A DNA stretch of 49,036 bases, the filler included, from Sphacelaria rigidula (taxonomy: Eukaryota), in NCBI GenBank assembly GCA_964200075.2. It is 3 parts of 3 records of this genome, joined end to end, with 100 filler letters (N's around TTAATTAATTAA, not from the genome) between each part and the next. Parts side by side here need not be neighbours in the genome. Positions count along the whole stretch, not along the records: positions 1 to 16,283 come from CAXNAA020001411.1; positions 16,384 to 32,663 come from CAXNAA020001412.1; 1 more part is not named here. One strand, written 5' to 3'. Below are positions 13,018-25,800 of this stretch, piece by piece (the stretch's first letter is position 1; the number at the start of each line of letters is the position of its first letter). Below the pieces are notes generated by a model. It had not been told where the DNA came from. It made no database searches and saw nothing but the letters and a program-made list of their open reading frames with translations. The position numbers and the translations under genes are program-made.

Positions 13018-14592
13018 GTGAGCGGGACACGTCTAGTTATGGCGTGACTGACTGATATGATTCGATTGCTTGTCGCGGACTGACTAATCCTCTGGAAATT
13101 TAGCCGTGATCACAACAGCATGATAACAAAACGACATGATGTCTCGCAAACCAAGCACGTACCCGGTGCACCTACGGACTACGAGTATATGAAAAGAAAC
13201 AGGGCGTTGCTATTTGGTAAGGTGGCGCCACTTCATGAAGCGCACTCCACGTAACATTTTTTATCAAAGATCACAGACCACAGACCACAAGCCACTGGCG
13301 CGTCTGCACAGTTGACGAGCACACCTTGAAGGTTGAATGTCTGACCAATACTGGAACACACCAAGTTTGGCTTGCATTGGCACGAGCTAGGCGTCAATTC
13401 GTTGTGGCCGGCTCCTCTATTCTCTTAGCCATCTTCAAAAGTGGCGCAGGGTAAGGGCTGGGCGCACATTGTGATGCTGCTTCTCGTTGTGAGCTTATGG
13501 ACGATTGCAAGCCAGAGCGCGGATGCCAACGTTTCAATATGTTGAGGTGGTCAAGTACCAAGTTTATGACGTTGATGGGTCACATGCGTGTCTACCGCAA
13601 ACTCCCCTGTGCGGTCGTGGTTTGTATCAGTTTGGCCTTGACTTTTTTCACATCCCTGTGCGATGACCCCGATGCGTGCGATGGCCCCGATACCTGTGCA
13701 GGAATCGAATTATATAATTCGTATGTGCCATTTCAGTCTTGTGCCGACAAAGAGAAACAAGTTTCTATTTCAAAATCTGGCCTTTTTGCGCCCCCTAACA
13801 CGCTCCTGCAAACGACGAGACCAGAATCAGCGACGAGGGCATGTTGGTTGCGCTGTACATGGCACCTGGGCGAAGTTTCAGGGCCGTGCGGCTCCAACAG
13901 CGTATGTACGCCGTATATCTGAACTTGGGCAGCTCTACAGACGATACGTGCACCAAGTTTGATGGTTCTTTTCCGGCGGATGCCTGGATTTCGTCTGACA
14001 GGGTAGCAGGTGCCGAACTGGACATGGCCCGGCAACTATTGACAAGCGTATCGAGACACCCAATCACTCACGGTGTGCTACGATTGGGCAGCGGAATCGT
14101 CGCTTTGAGGTCGTTCCGGCGCATTTCCCAAAAATCACAACTCACGGTGCTGACTAACCCTTTCGGGACCGGATCCCCACTAATCAGGCGTGAGGGCTCG
14201 TTAGTTAACCGGCATTATCTTCACTTGGAAAACGTTTGAGAATGTTGCCGATTTAGGGTCGTACACCCACTCAAAAATGGGGTAGATATGATTATTTGAT
14301 TATTTGATCATTTGTCTAGAACCTGGTTGATTACAACGGTGATTACAACGGTGGACCCGGTGTTATGCTGCATATTTTATGTCATCTAGATTTTATGCCG
14401 TGTTTTTCAGGTTACACGAAAAATTATTTCCTCATGCCGCCTTTCCTTTGGGCTTCCACAAACGGCATACAATCCGGTTGTATGCCGGTTTGGCATCAAC
14501 CTGGCGCCCGACTTTGTGTCGACTCGGCAAAAACCAGAAAATTTCGCGGGTTGAGTAGGGCTAACACGGCAGCAGCTGTGAGCTGGAAGGAC

Positions 14593-15133
14593 ATGCCGTG
14601 TGCCGCAGGGCAATGCTGAATGTTGCCGAGCCATACGCCAGGCCCCCATTCCTACACATTACATCGATGTCGCAAGTGTGGTGAGTATCTCCATGGCATG
14701 TGCGGCGTGCAAGACCCGAATAGCGACAACGAGTGCGAACGTGTGTGTGACGTGGAGTGTGCACCTGCCGGACAGCACCCGGCGGGCAAGGGGAAGGGGA
14801 CCGCGAACCGAACGCGGACTACACCTCTCAGCTCGTCCAATGGCGGCTCGTCAACAAATGCCAAATGTGGTGATGATCAAAACCCCGGTGCGCCTTCCAA
14901 GAAGTCTACTGGGGACCAAAAGCGTGCAAATTCGACGCTAACTGAATACCAGGATGGACGTGCTTGAACACCTCGACAAAAAAGTGAAAACAAGCGTTGG
15001 GGAGAAGAAGTTTGGCATGTCTGACAGGACTGTGAGGCAAATTAGGATGGACGCGGAAGAAACAAAGAAGCAGAGGGAGGATAGACCACGGGGAGGGGGA
15101 GCGAAGAGCATCAAGGGACCACAGCACGCGAAG
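14593..15133 (+). pseudogene. Degenerate pogo/Tigger (CENP-B-like) transposase N-terminus preceded by a Cys/His zinc-finger-like motif
   Basis: MPCAAGQC*MLP...LHRCRKCGEYLHGMCG..., then KRANSTLTEYQ and, after a frameshift, MDVLEHLDKKVKTSVGEKKFGMSDRTVRQIR, which resembles the CENP-B N-terminal HTH. Contains an in-frame stop and a frameshift. No DDE domain seen. Confidence 0.6.
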
Positions 15134-16283
15134 GTATGTATGCGTGTTTTACTGTCGTACAGTAATGGTTATATGTTCATGTTGTCGAACATCGCAACGC
15201 GGCTGTAACAGCGGTGTTCGGCAATCTCGGTTGACAGGCTTGACTCGTGTTTGTGCCTCATCAGTTGCTAACCTTGTGGACGTAGTGTAGTTGCACAGCT
15301 GTAGCCTGTCCCCTGTGTGTGAGCAAGAGCACCGCCTTTTGTGTGCGTGCGGCAACTATTTTGTATTTCAGGAAAACATACCACGTACTGCGGTATTGTG
15401 TCATTTTCAGAAAAAACCTCCACCACTGCCACACATCATCCTTTGGGGATAGTAGAGGTTACAGCGGTGCACCCGTGTTATAAATTAAGCCTGTTTCTAT
15501 GTAATTCCTGGTGCGAAATGTGTTTCTGTTTTTGCCCATTGACAGAAAAAGACCTTGCACTCAGTTCTCCGATGAAGGTTCACCGCTTCGTGGGGCTGAA
15601 GTATTGTGCGTCGCAAAACTTCAGAGTGGATGAAACGCGGAAGAGTCTCAAAAAGTTGTCGAAAGTCGATGTATTGACGCTTGTAAAGATTATTTGTGCA
15701 ACTTCACTGGAGGTTCCCAAAAGTCAATACAAAATCAATCTGTTGTAAGCGAAGATCAAACCACAAACGTGGCCTCAAACCGCAGAACAGAGTCTGTGGG
15801 TACGGAGAAGAAGAAGTGAACTTCGGGGGGGGGGGGGCTTGCGCCGATGCTCGATCGCAGCCGGCTCGCCTTAGACCCTTTTGTCCTTTCATACGCACTT
15901 GAACCCAAATATTTGACTCTAGTGTTCAAAGAATCTTCCTACTCAGAAGCACCCTACAGGTTCTAGCTCGTACGTGCCCCCAATATTCAAAAGCTCACAA
16001 GATAGTATATTTTTTGTTGCATTTTCTCTCAAACATTCTCCAGATTCCCAAACCTGCCGGCCCGCGTACAAGTTTTCTTGACTTTCTACACTTTAACCTC
16101 GAAGACCCCCGCCCGCTTGTATCCAAAACTTGGAAGTATGGCTCGAAGTGCCTAGCAATACCATAACACCATCCCTGTACACCGGAGTAGGATTACTTTA
16201 TATTGTTATACCCCGGTTTCCACATACAACAAAGTTTTCGTGAGATTGAGAGTAGATGATACGATTGAGAGTAGCTTTGATCA

Positions 16284-16383
16284 NNNNNNNNNNNNNNNNN
16301 NNNNNNNNNNNNNNNNNNNNNNNNNNNTTAATTAATTAANNNNNNNNNNNNNNNNNNNNNNNNNNNNNNNNNNNNNNNNNNNN
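16284..16383. other. Scaffold gap with artificial linker N44-TTAATTAATTAA-N44
   Basis: Directly visible; identical in structure to 32664-32763. The linker puts stops in all six frames. Confidence 0.98.
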
Positions 16384-16726
16384 GAAAGCAGAAGCCATAT
16401 AATTGCAGAATGTGAACTATACAAGGAGGAACGGGACGTGCTAGAGGGGAAATCCGGGACGTGAACGAAGGTGGCATGAAGTCGTTCGATGCATCGGACA
16501 GTAGCAAGAAAACGATGGTCACACTAGGAGATAGATGGTGGCCACGGACGGCGAAACAGGGCGGGGATAAGATATGTAAAAATGTTTTCGTGCAATGTAT
16601 CGAAGAAACGTGATGAGCGCCGGAATGTTGGAGGTGTCTCTATTCGGAGCAGGAACGGTGCTCCGTCTCGAAAGGGCGTGGTCGATGGTCAAACGACTAA
16701 GGCAGGCAACAAATGAGTATCCCCCT
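16384..16726 (+). mobile_element. 3' end of a non-LTR retrotransposon ORF2 (zinc-knuckle region) ending in a C-rich tail; 5' part lost in the gap
   Basis: Translates ESRSHIIAECELYKEERDVLEGEIRDV...GDRWWP, the ExxxHxxxxCxxYxxxR half of the LINE C-terminal CCHC knuckle. Ends CAACAAATGAGTAT-CCCCC. Colinear with 48726-49036. Confidence 0.85.
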
Positions 16727-16805
16727 CGCCCCATCCCCCTCGCCGCTCCGGGCGCAAAGCACGTAGTTATCATTGCAACGATATCCCTGACACAAAAACT
16801 CTCAC

Positions 16806-19800
16806 CGCCTGAAGCTCGGAAGCTCGGATAAGGAAAACTTCCAAAGCTCCCGGCAACGCAGTGCTGTCGAAATCTAGAACGCGACTGTGACTCATATCTT
16901 TGCTGAAACTTCCTCTCCTTCTCCCTGAGATAATCGTAGGCGGTCCCGCGAAAGGATGTTCGGTGAATTGTTGCAGCGCAGACTCAGCTGCTCGCGATAG
17001 CGCCTAGGTAGCCAACAGTGCGATGTCGAGGGAGTGTTGTTAGCGTTGTGAGGGTTGGTGTGAAAGGTTTCGAAGTTGTGCTGTACCGCTGATTTTGTTT
17101 TTGACTAGGCAGGGAAAAGAGCACATGCTGCATCTGTGCTTCGTATTGTCACCACCGTTGCCACCTTTTTACGGGGATCACAATATATTAGCAGAGAGTC
17201 TGTTTTCTCATTGCCGATATGCGAAGAAGAAGCAGAAGCATCACTCGCGTTGCCGGGTGTTCACCGGTGGACCACGAAGTCACGGAGTGGCGCAATATGT
17301 TTCTCATCCGCCGAAATAGCGTCATCTCTGTTTTTTTTTGCCAGAAAACGTCCTACAGTACTATTATAATTTGTTCAGAGTCTCTCCTCGGGCAACTCAT
17401 TCAATTCCCTCGAAGGTGTTACGTGCTGGCCGTACCTTTATCGCCAACCGTACTCCGGGAGCATCGCCTAGCCTATCGGGCACGTACAACGCCCTCAACC
17501 TGAGCTGCCCTCCCCGTCCAGAACTAGTGCCACCAAACCGGGCTACTCCGCCGAGGTGGTTGTTATAGCTTCGCATCTCGTCGTCCATGAGAGGTATGAC
17601 TTTGTCAACCGCGGCTACAGGACATTCGTCATATATGCTTTCCGAAGGTCGCGGTATACTGCCCTCCGAATTTTCCAAGATTGGCTGGTTTGTTCGAGGA
17701 AAGTCGCCGGTAGCAGAAGCATTGGCTTCCACATCAATTGGGTGACCGTGTGTTGGAGGATGTCGCAGAACTGCATCGCCGTTCAAGTGTTGGTACCCGC
17801 ATATGCTTGCGAGAAGTATTTCAGCTTTTCCAGCGACTATCTTCTTACCGTTTGGCCTGTCGTACACCGTGGCCAACAATGTAGGCGATGTTTCAGCCAA
17901 GCTTTCATCCTCGATAGGAGTTATGGCCGTGAAATCCATCTTGATAAACTTATCAAACACTCCACGATCCAGGTCGGTGTTGGTGATTTCTGGCACCCTT
18001 GCGCAGCCTTGAACCTCTCTGGCTTTCTTGCGGCCTAGTTTGACATATGGTCGCAGCTCCAGCTCACACATTGGAATTCCGTGGACACGTTGACCGTTGC
18101 TCCTGTTCGATGGACAAGAGGTCATATCGAAGGCCTTAATCGCTGCCCAGTGCATTATAAACTGACACTTGGATGCCACTGTTGGCGCTGTCCTGCGAAC
18201 ATGTGGGTATCTGTTATTGCCGATGAAAGTGAGCGCACTCGTAAAGTATGACGGAAAATACCCCCACCATACGGTCGAACACCGGTCGCCCCGGTGGCCC
18301 AATCGGTAGTCTCGAAATATCCTAACGGTTGGGTCGTGGGCTTGAATCCAGGTTAAAGCACCCAATATGGATTTGTTCTCACGCCATGCCCAACAGTGGA
18401 GAGCGACTATGTCGCGGGTACACAAAATTCGACTTCGCGGTCGACGAGGGAAAGACACCGCTGAACTCCTCTCGCGATAAAGAAAAGGCACGCCTCGCAG
18501 AAGGATGGTGAGGAACAAAAACAAAAACAAAAGCAAAAACCTCCTGTGTTGGCCTTCCTCCTGCGTGGCCCTGGTCGATGCGTCCACGTATACCGAAAGG
18601 TGCAGACTGGCGTTCAGCGTAGATGGGTTATGATACACAACACGACACAAAACAAGACAACATGCGATCGCTGAAGAATGAACGAAGTATTCGTGGACAT
18701 CGTGTCACCTCCTTGCTTTAAAAATCATACTACTCCCTTGCTTCCAGGCTAGGTAGACTTTATTGGCTTCCTCAGTCTTCACGTGAAGCACGGGCTACAC
18801 AGTCAGGGCGCTCCGAACAACGTTTCAAGGCTTCGTCCATAGGGACAATATCTCGTTTTCATGTTTTGAATCCGATCACGTCCGGCGAATTTACATCGGG
18901 CATCTACCCTCAAGACTCCACCGGTCGCTGCCGCTTCGCAGGATACTTTTCGCATGAGAGAATCGGACACGGCACATTGTTTCATCGGATGGGGTCTTCA
19001 ACGTTGCTCTGAGTGAATCGATCCAAAAACCCCGTCGTTCAGGATGACACTACGGCACACAAAGAAATGGCCCACGACACGAAAAACAGTATAGAAGTTG
19101 ACCTTCAAGAAACACTTCGTTGCTAGTGGTTGATTATCCTTGCGGAAACGCCTCAGTGCGATCAAAGCTAGTCGCACGGATACAGCCTGCTCCTAGCCCG
19201 GGGGCAGCTGTGTGGTGCAATGAGTGTGACAAGAACGAGCTGCGCAAGCTGAGTTTGTAGCTGCCACAACTTGCTCCTAAGCGGTTAAGTAACAACTTCA
19301 CGGGAAGTCGTGTGAATTATGTTGAGCATAGATTCGAACAAAAAAAGGAAAAAATTGTCACTCACGTTCTACCTCGAAGATTTCGCCCCTCTTTGAGCCA
19401 GAGGTAGAGCGTCCCAGTCTCCACCTTTTCTTCGGGTCTCAAACGACATGTCGTAACTGATTCCCTTTCACATGGCACCCAACAGCATCCCAGACGCATG
19501 AACCCACGGTCACGTCCCTATGTTGAGCGTACCAGGATGCATACCGCACCGAAATAAACGGCGAGGGTCACTGCATTGCGTTCTAAGTACTAACGCAGAG
19601 TGGGGCTACGCCCTTCGCGGCCTTATATGTCTGCTTCCAGCCAACGCAGATATTTTCACGAAATTGTACCTGCAGGCTACAATCCATCTTGACCACAGAG
19701 CTGTACATCGTTGTGGGATAACCACAGATAGAACACATGTCGCCAATCGCACAACGTCCGATGAACCAGAGTTTCCGGATAGCGTGAATGAACTGTGTGT

Positions 19801-22800
19801 CTTCTTGAAGTATGGGGTAGGTAATGTACACATCGCAACTGATTTAATACCAAGCGCATGGTTCACAGTTTGAACCCTCGGAAACGGTCGGCAATCTTGT
19901 TTCTTGTTTGCAGTCTATACCTGAGCGAACAACCGATGCCAAAGAACAGAGGACTCTTTAGTGGACAGGGACTCAGACGTAACGGCTGCTTCCAGGGAGC
20001 AAATCGCCTGCTCACCGCCTAGCAAATCTTTGTCCATGAGGGTCAGCCTGAATCGCAGCGTTCCCCCTTGCGGCTGACGCCGAAGATATTCAGCCTCTGC
20101 GCTGCTCACCCTTAGGTCGCAGCTCTCCAGCCACCTGTTGGACATTATCGTTCTTCTTTGTACGCTGGGTGAATCGGACATCCGCACTTGAGAGTTTCTG
20201 CCCAGCAGATGACTAGAACTCACACACCTCCGACTCTTCACACTCCTATCGACCGGCGTCAGTGCCTCTGTCCCGCTTTTTTTACCGCAATCTGTATTCG
20301 CACGCGGTGAAACACATGCCGCAGATGGAGTGCGCAGACTAGGTACAGTTGAGAAGTGGTGTATCATACACAGTGAAATACTACCAGCCGGACGCATTTC
20401 GAATTTTTCACAACACAGGTTGCGCGTGAAATCACCTGGCTTTGTCTCCTGCACTGACGACCGCCATGCCACTGCAGAATTGCTTAGCCTGAAACGGGGC
20501 TGCCGGGTCCACCTGTAGTCTTTCCACCAGTATGTAGGGGTCTTGATGATGTTGAAACCCCGAAAGCTCTCTGGCTTCTACCAAAAACACCCGAAGAATC
20601 CCAGGCGAATGCAAACACGGCAAGCGCGGTTCAGCATCGAGTGCCGTGTCTAAAGTACCGGTGGGTTTGTAGTCGCTCCATCCTTGCCAAGCGTCTACGA
20701 ACATGATCGAAACTGACACCCTACCCACAGAATATGGGTGTCTACCCCTTCCACCTGAACAGATATCTAGCGTGAGGGTTTGCATTTCGCGAGACCGAAT
20801 GATCTCGCCGATATGCACCTGTCCGCTTCCAAGCACCCGTTGTCCTGCTAAGACTCCAGCAACCACAACCTCAATATGCAAAACGGTAACGTCTCCTTGC
20901 CCTGGTGGGAAAGCATAGCATGGGAGCTCTAACTTCTCCTTCCATGCACAGCTCAGGAACCCATCGCCGCCACCGTTCATCATCTGAGAGTCTCCACCAA
21001 CTGCCACTAGTGGGCGTGTGGATGCGAAGCGCTTGCCAGGCAGTAGCGTGACTCGCACCTCCGGAGCTTCTGCTGGTTGTTGGAGAGATGCGTTGAGAAC
21101 GGTAGCTTCCAACAGACCAGGACCTTCCGTTTCCTCAATGACAGGGAGACATATTGCCTTCCCTTGATATTGCGGTCCTCTGCGTTGCCTCTCATTCGAT
21201 GTTTTCGGCACTACCGCAGTCTCGAGGTCACCTTTGTTCTGGGGTTGGAGTGAAACCGCGCATGAGAGCATCCCCGGGCTCATATTCTCATGCGTTTTCC
21301 TGACCGAATCGAACGTGCTGAGAAATATCTGAAGTCGCGGACGAGGCGTATCGCCGACCGATGCTTCGGCGTTATTTTGTTTTGTTGAGATAGTTATCGC
21401 CGCGAGAATATCAACATCTGCGTATCCTACAAGGTCATCCTGCACAGAGTTCGAATTCCACAGCTCCAGACGAAGAATGGCGTTGCTTTTGCATTCCGCA
21501 AACGTCTCGGAAACTGGTAGATCGAGGCAAGAGTCGTCCCATGTCGCATGCCCCCGTACGATAGAAGTCGAAGCTGTGATTCGTTCGGTGCAGCCCATCC
21601 GCGCAACGACGTATGGCTGTTGTGTGTCCAGCCCTCCGAATCCCAACGCTACGGTATTTCTGAGATCTTCGACGATGATATCATCGACCATCAGCATCAT
21701 CATTGCGTTGTTGTCTACTATCTTGAGATGGGTAGCTGCAGACGACTCCATCATGGATTGCTCTGACGTGTCGACCCCGGTTTGATCTTGCAAGAACGTT
21801 GCAATCATGCTTAGGGTGCCCTTTTTGTCCCCAACTTTCCCCGTGATCTTTACGCGGCAAGAGACAGCAATCCCAGGATGTCGCCACGTCTCTCGTAGAA
21901 ACTCTATCCTCACAAGTCCACTGCCGATGAGGGTATCCGGATGTGGCTTGTTGTCGTTCAATACCACAACTAACAGGCCATCCCCGATCCGCCCCGTATC
22001 TGAGAGATTCACCCTCAACTTCACCTTGTGGTCTGCCCACTCGCAGAGGTGTCCTCCACGAACAGCTACCGAACGTTCTGTCGTAGACCCTAGTGTCAGC
22101 TTCACGTAAGGGTCTTGCTGTCCCCCAAACATGAGCCCTTCCGTCCGCGGGAGGTCATGTGCGGTTAGGCAAGAAAATACCAAAATACCAGTACTCGCTA
22201 CTGTCGACTGTGGTGTATCCTCGACGATGCATGCGGTGGGACTGCTAGTACTCCCGGTGTAGATTTTTGACGGTACTACGCGATTGGTTTCCACTGGTGT
22301 TCCACGGGAACTTGCTGTGCGGGTGTTGCCGTCATTGTCCAGGATCAGTGTGGCATGAGCCGTCAGGGTTCCTTGAACCTCTGCACCCCCTTTGCCTCGT
22401 TTCCTCGACAACGGCAGGCGGACCCTCGTCGTTTGGCCATCCAGGAGAGCTAATCCTCGCACGTGCCTCACAGAGAGCCGTGCTGTGCCGACAAGAACGT
22501 TACTGCCGGGGTTTTCTCTCCAAACCTTCGGGGATCCGTGGGGACGGAGGTTGGCGAGCACAAGAACACATTCCGTGAAAACAATTTTGAGTGTAAGACC
22601 CTCTTCCTACCATGGAAAATGGATATAAGTCACAGGGCGTGTTGCATAGTTCATCCGGCAGCAGCACTATTGAATATCCCTTCTCAAAGCTCCAGGGTGA
22701 CGGTCTTCCAGGGCGTCTTCACTCGATAAGCACGATACTACTGGCAAAAACGTTGTGTGAAAAGACGTATCTCTGGAAGCATCTGGCAAAAGCACCTTCA

Positions 22801-25800
22801 GTCACCACGTCTATCGCCGTCGTCGATTTATTGCGGATGGAAACATGCGCATGTTGGTGCTTCGTGGAAGGGCTATAACATACCTTGCCATCTGTAGCAC
22901 GTGTTCCACGGGGGGTAAGTTCACCCGAGGAATCAAATCTTGTACCCACCTCAGTCACAATTCCTTCGTCAGACGGCCTAGGATCTCCGCATATGAAGCT
23001 GACCGCTTCTCCATGCCAATGAGCTGAGCGATCAGTTCCCTCACGAACACGTGTCCTGGCCTCCTGTGTACGAACACCCGCTGTAGCCATGTACGCTGTG
23101 ACGTAAAGCGTTTGGGCAAGGATACCCAGAAGACCCCCGTCCGCTTCCGCTTCTGGAAGATCGCACACCTACCCACACGCCGGACAAAAACATATGCGCG
23201 ATATGAAGGTAAATTGGCCAAGATGACATTGGTTCAGGGGAGTCGATTATTATGGGTATTCAGTGGCTCCTGTGGAGCCCAAGAAAGTTGTCATCATATA
23301 TGTGCTTCTTGTGAGGTGAGATGCAATGCTCTAGAAAAGATTCCCGGAATTTGACGGGAATTATAGGAACCGCAATTGGTTGTATATATCCCAATAAACG
23401 TGCCTCAATACATGTTAACACCAATGTTCCAGCCGTCTTGACCAGGGTCCCATCGTCCACTGCTTCTTCGAGCAGAAACTCCTTCGGAACTTGGCGGGCG
23501 ACGCCCAATTCGCATGGCCCATTCTTCGTGCCCGCCACCGTCACCACATGCGATATTTTAGTTCCCAGCGGACGATCCGTATTCTCCGCCGCCTGGGGAC
23601 CGGCTGGACGTCGACCGCATTCTTGTGACGAAAAGTTGGCAACCTTGAACTGCAGGTCGAACACGACAGCACCTTGTTGATTTTGGCGTGGATCAGGTCG
23701 TCGTAGTTGAATCTGACCCAAGGATGGAGACGAGAACAAAGGGGCACAATTATTTCACGATGTGTGTTCCGTTTTTGCTCGGGTGTTGTACAGTCGACTG
23801 TTCTTGGGAACAGCGTAATTCGAGACAGCGAGTAGGGGAACTCCGGCACTTTTAAAGTAGGGCACGATATCCTTGCATCGACGTGTCCGACGTCAAGTTT
23901 CATGACAAAACCAGTGCATTTTCTAGAACTTGAGACACTACAAATCAGACAAGCTTGATCATGCCAACCGTTCTTCACCGTTTGAGTTGGCGGTTATCGA
24001 ATGACATTCGCGGCAAAATTGAGTGCAGATTTTGAACCCTCCACTATTTCTCGATTGAACCGTTGAAGATAAACGCTATCTGCATCACGCCTCCTAATCA
24101 CAAAACATGACGATTGTGCTGCAACACCTCAAGGCGAATCTTCTTCCCCTCTTCAGTGGCATCTGCCTCGTCCACGCGCCCTTGGTCTGCGTAAATTGTG
24201 AGCTCATCGAGGGATATGGTGATCCCTCCTATCAGCTCATCCTTGATAGGATTCTTGTCCCACACCTTGAGTACACCAAAGCGGTCAATGAAATTTACGA
24301 GAATGTGCTGCCACATGTCAACGCTATTAATGTGGGATCGACTGGAGAAAAGACAGGTTCCGATGAACAAACTATAATAAAAAACTTGATGTTGGAAGGG
24401 GCGGTGGGTTGGTCAACTGTGTGGCACGAAGTATGTGGCACAGTAGGTGAGATTGACGTACTGTCGTACTAATTATATCGTATCGAACACCGCACGTGAC
24501 AAGCGGGACCACACCATTAGTAGGGTAGAAAACGTACAAAAAACAGTGCAGTTTGAAAAGTTGAATACACATGCTTGCATTCACATACGAATTAGAAACC
24601 AACACTCTGCGATGTGCTGCTGCATTCAGTTGATACAATCTCGTGCCTCACATAGCCTCCTTGACCAGCACATGCTGTTTCTTAACGAAGAAACCCTGAT
24701 AACTTTCTCACCTCGAGTAGTAGACCTTCTCTTGAAGTCCAGCTGAGGTTTCGTGGCAACTCCAACACTGCCCCGGCCCACGTGCAAGCTCCATCACTTC
24801 GCCAGGAGGGAGAAGTTTGTGCCTCGTTGCCACTCAAGTTGGCTCGGAAGTAGGGATCCTACCACCAGTAATAGAATCAGTGAGGATCCATCATTTAACA
24901 GATGATGCATGTACATAAATAACAGTGGTGAAGTCGGATTTTGGCGGGGGGTGCATGTCGTAGCGCAAGGGGGGAGAAATAGCCGTCCACAGGGGATGCT
25001 TTTTACCGTTAATTCTGGGGTATTATCCACCGTTTTGGTCTATACCGTGTAAATGACAATGCGTTTGGATGACATGAACGCTTTTCGGAATACTCGAACT
25101 ATGGTAATAGTGATAAAAGAAATCATTATCCGAATATGTGATGTACACGCGTCTCCCCCCGTACCAATTGTCACCCGCGTGGTCTTTACACGTTTTGGAC
25201 TGTTATACAAGAATGAGGATGTACCTAAGCACACGAACACATCTAGAGAACAGGTAAACGATAAACGTGTTTATCCTCGCCATCCATTTCTCTTCACCCG
25301 GAGATATAACCGCTCTATCCCCTCTCCAGAGACGACAGAAGAGCTATTTACCATTTTCGCTACTTACATGGGCATTCACACACGGATAGCGATGGGCCTG
25401 AACACGCGGGGGCATCGTTAGAACGTATTTACCCCACACTATTCCATGACCTCACACATCGCGTCGAGGACATTGTCTTCGGATGCCCCTACTAAGAAGG
25501 AAGCCAGGGCCTGTATGGAAAGGAGCGCGTANNNNNNNNNNAACAGAAAGCCGAGGGCCCGGACACGCGGGGGCAACCGTACAACCCTTTTTCCCCCCAC
25601 CTTTTCCCTCCCCCCCCCCCCCCCCCCCCCCCACCCCTTTTTGCGGAGATCAGACAAAAGCATTCTCTCCGTGAACCATGTCAGCGAAGAAGGAGGGGTG
25701 TTATCCGACGTTTGACCGATTTGCGGTCGGACAACAATGAATCTGAACTCGAGACCGAAACTAATGGAAAGCGTACAATCCACCGTCACTACTGATGATG

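Noticed and set aside
13311-14240. Downstream exons of the esterase or C2 gene
   Set aside because: Several open frames on both strands, but none gave a phase-compatible junction with a recognisable motif (no DxxH). Left unassigned.
16328-16339. TTAATTAATTAA as a biological motif or piggyBac target
   Set aside because: Centred in symmetric N-runs at both gaps; an assembly spacer.
17397-18650. 417-aa ORF as a stand-alone gene
   Set aside because: Its first ~180 aa are the antisense of a SINE plus intron; only 18102-17436 is a C2-gene exon bounded by splice sites.
25439-25720. Minus-strand terminal exon (ALASFLVGASEDNVLDAMCEVME*) and adjacent poly-C-containing repeat
   Set aside because: Next to a 10-N gap, with no linkable upstream exon or second copy in the window.
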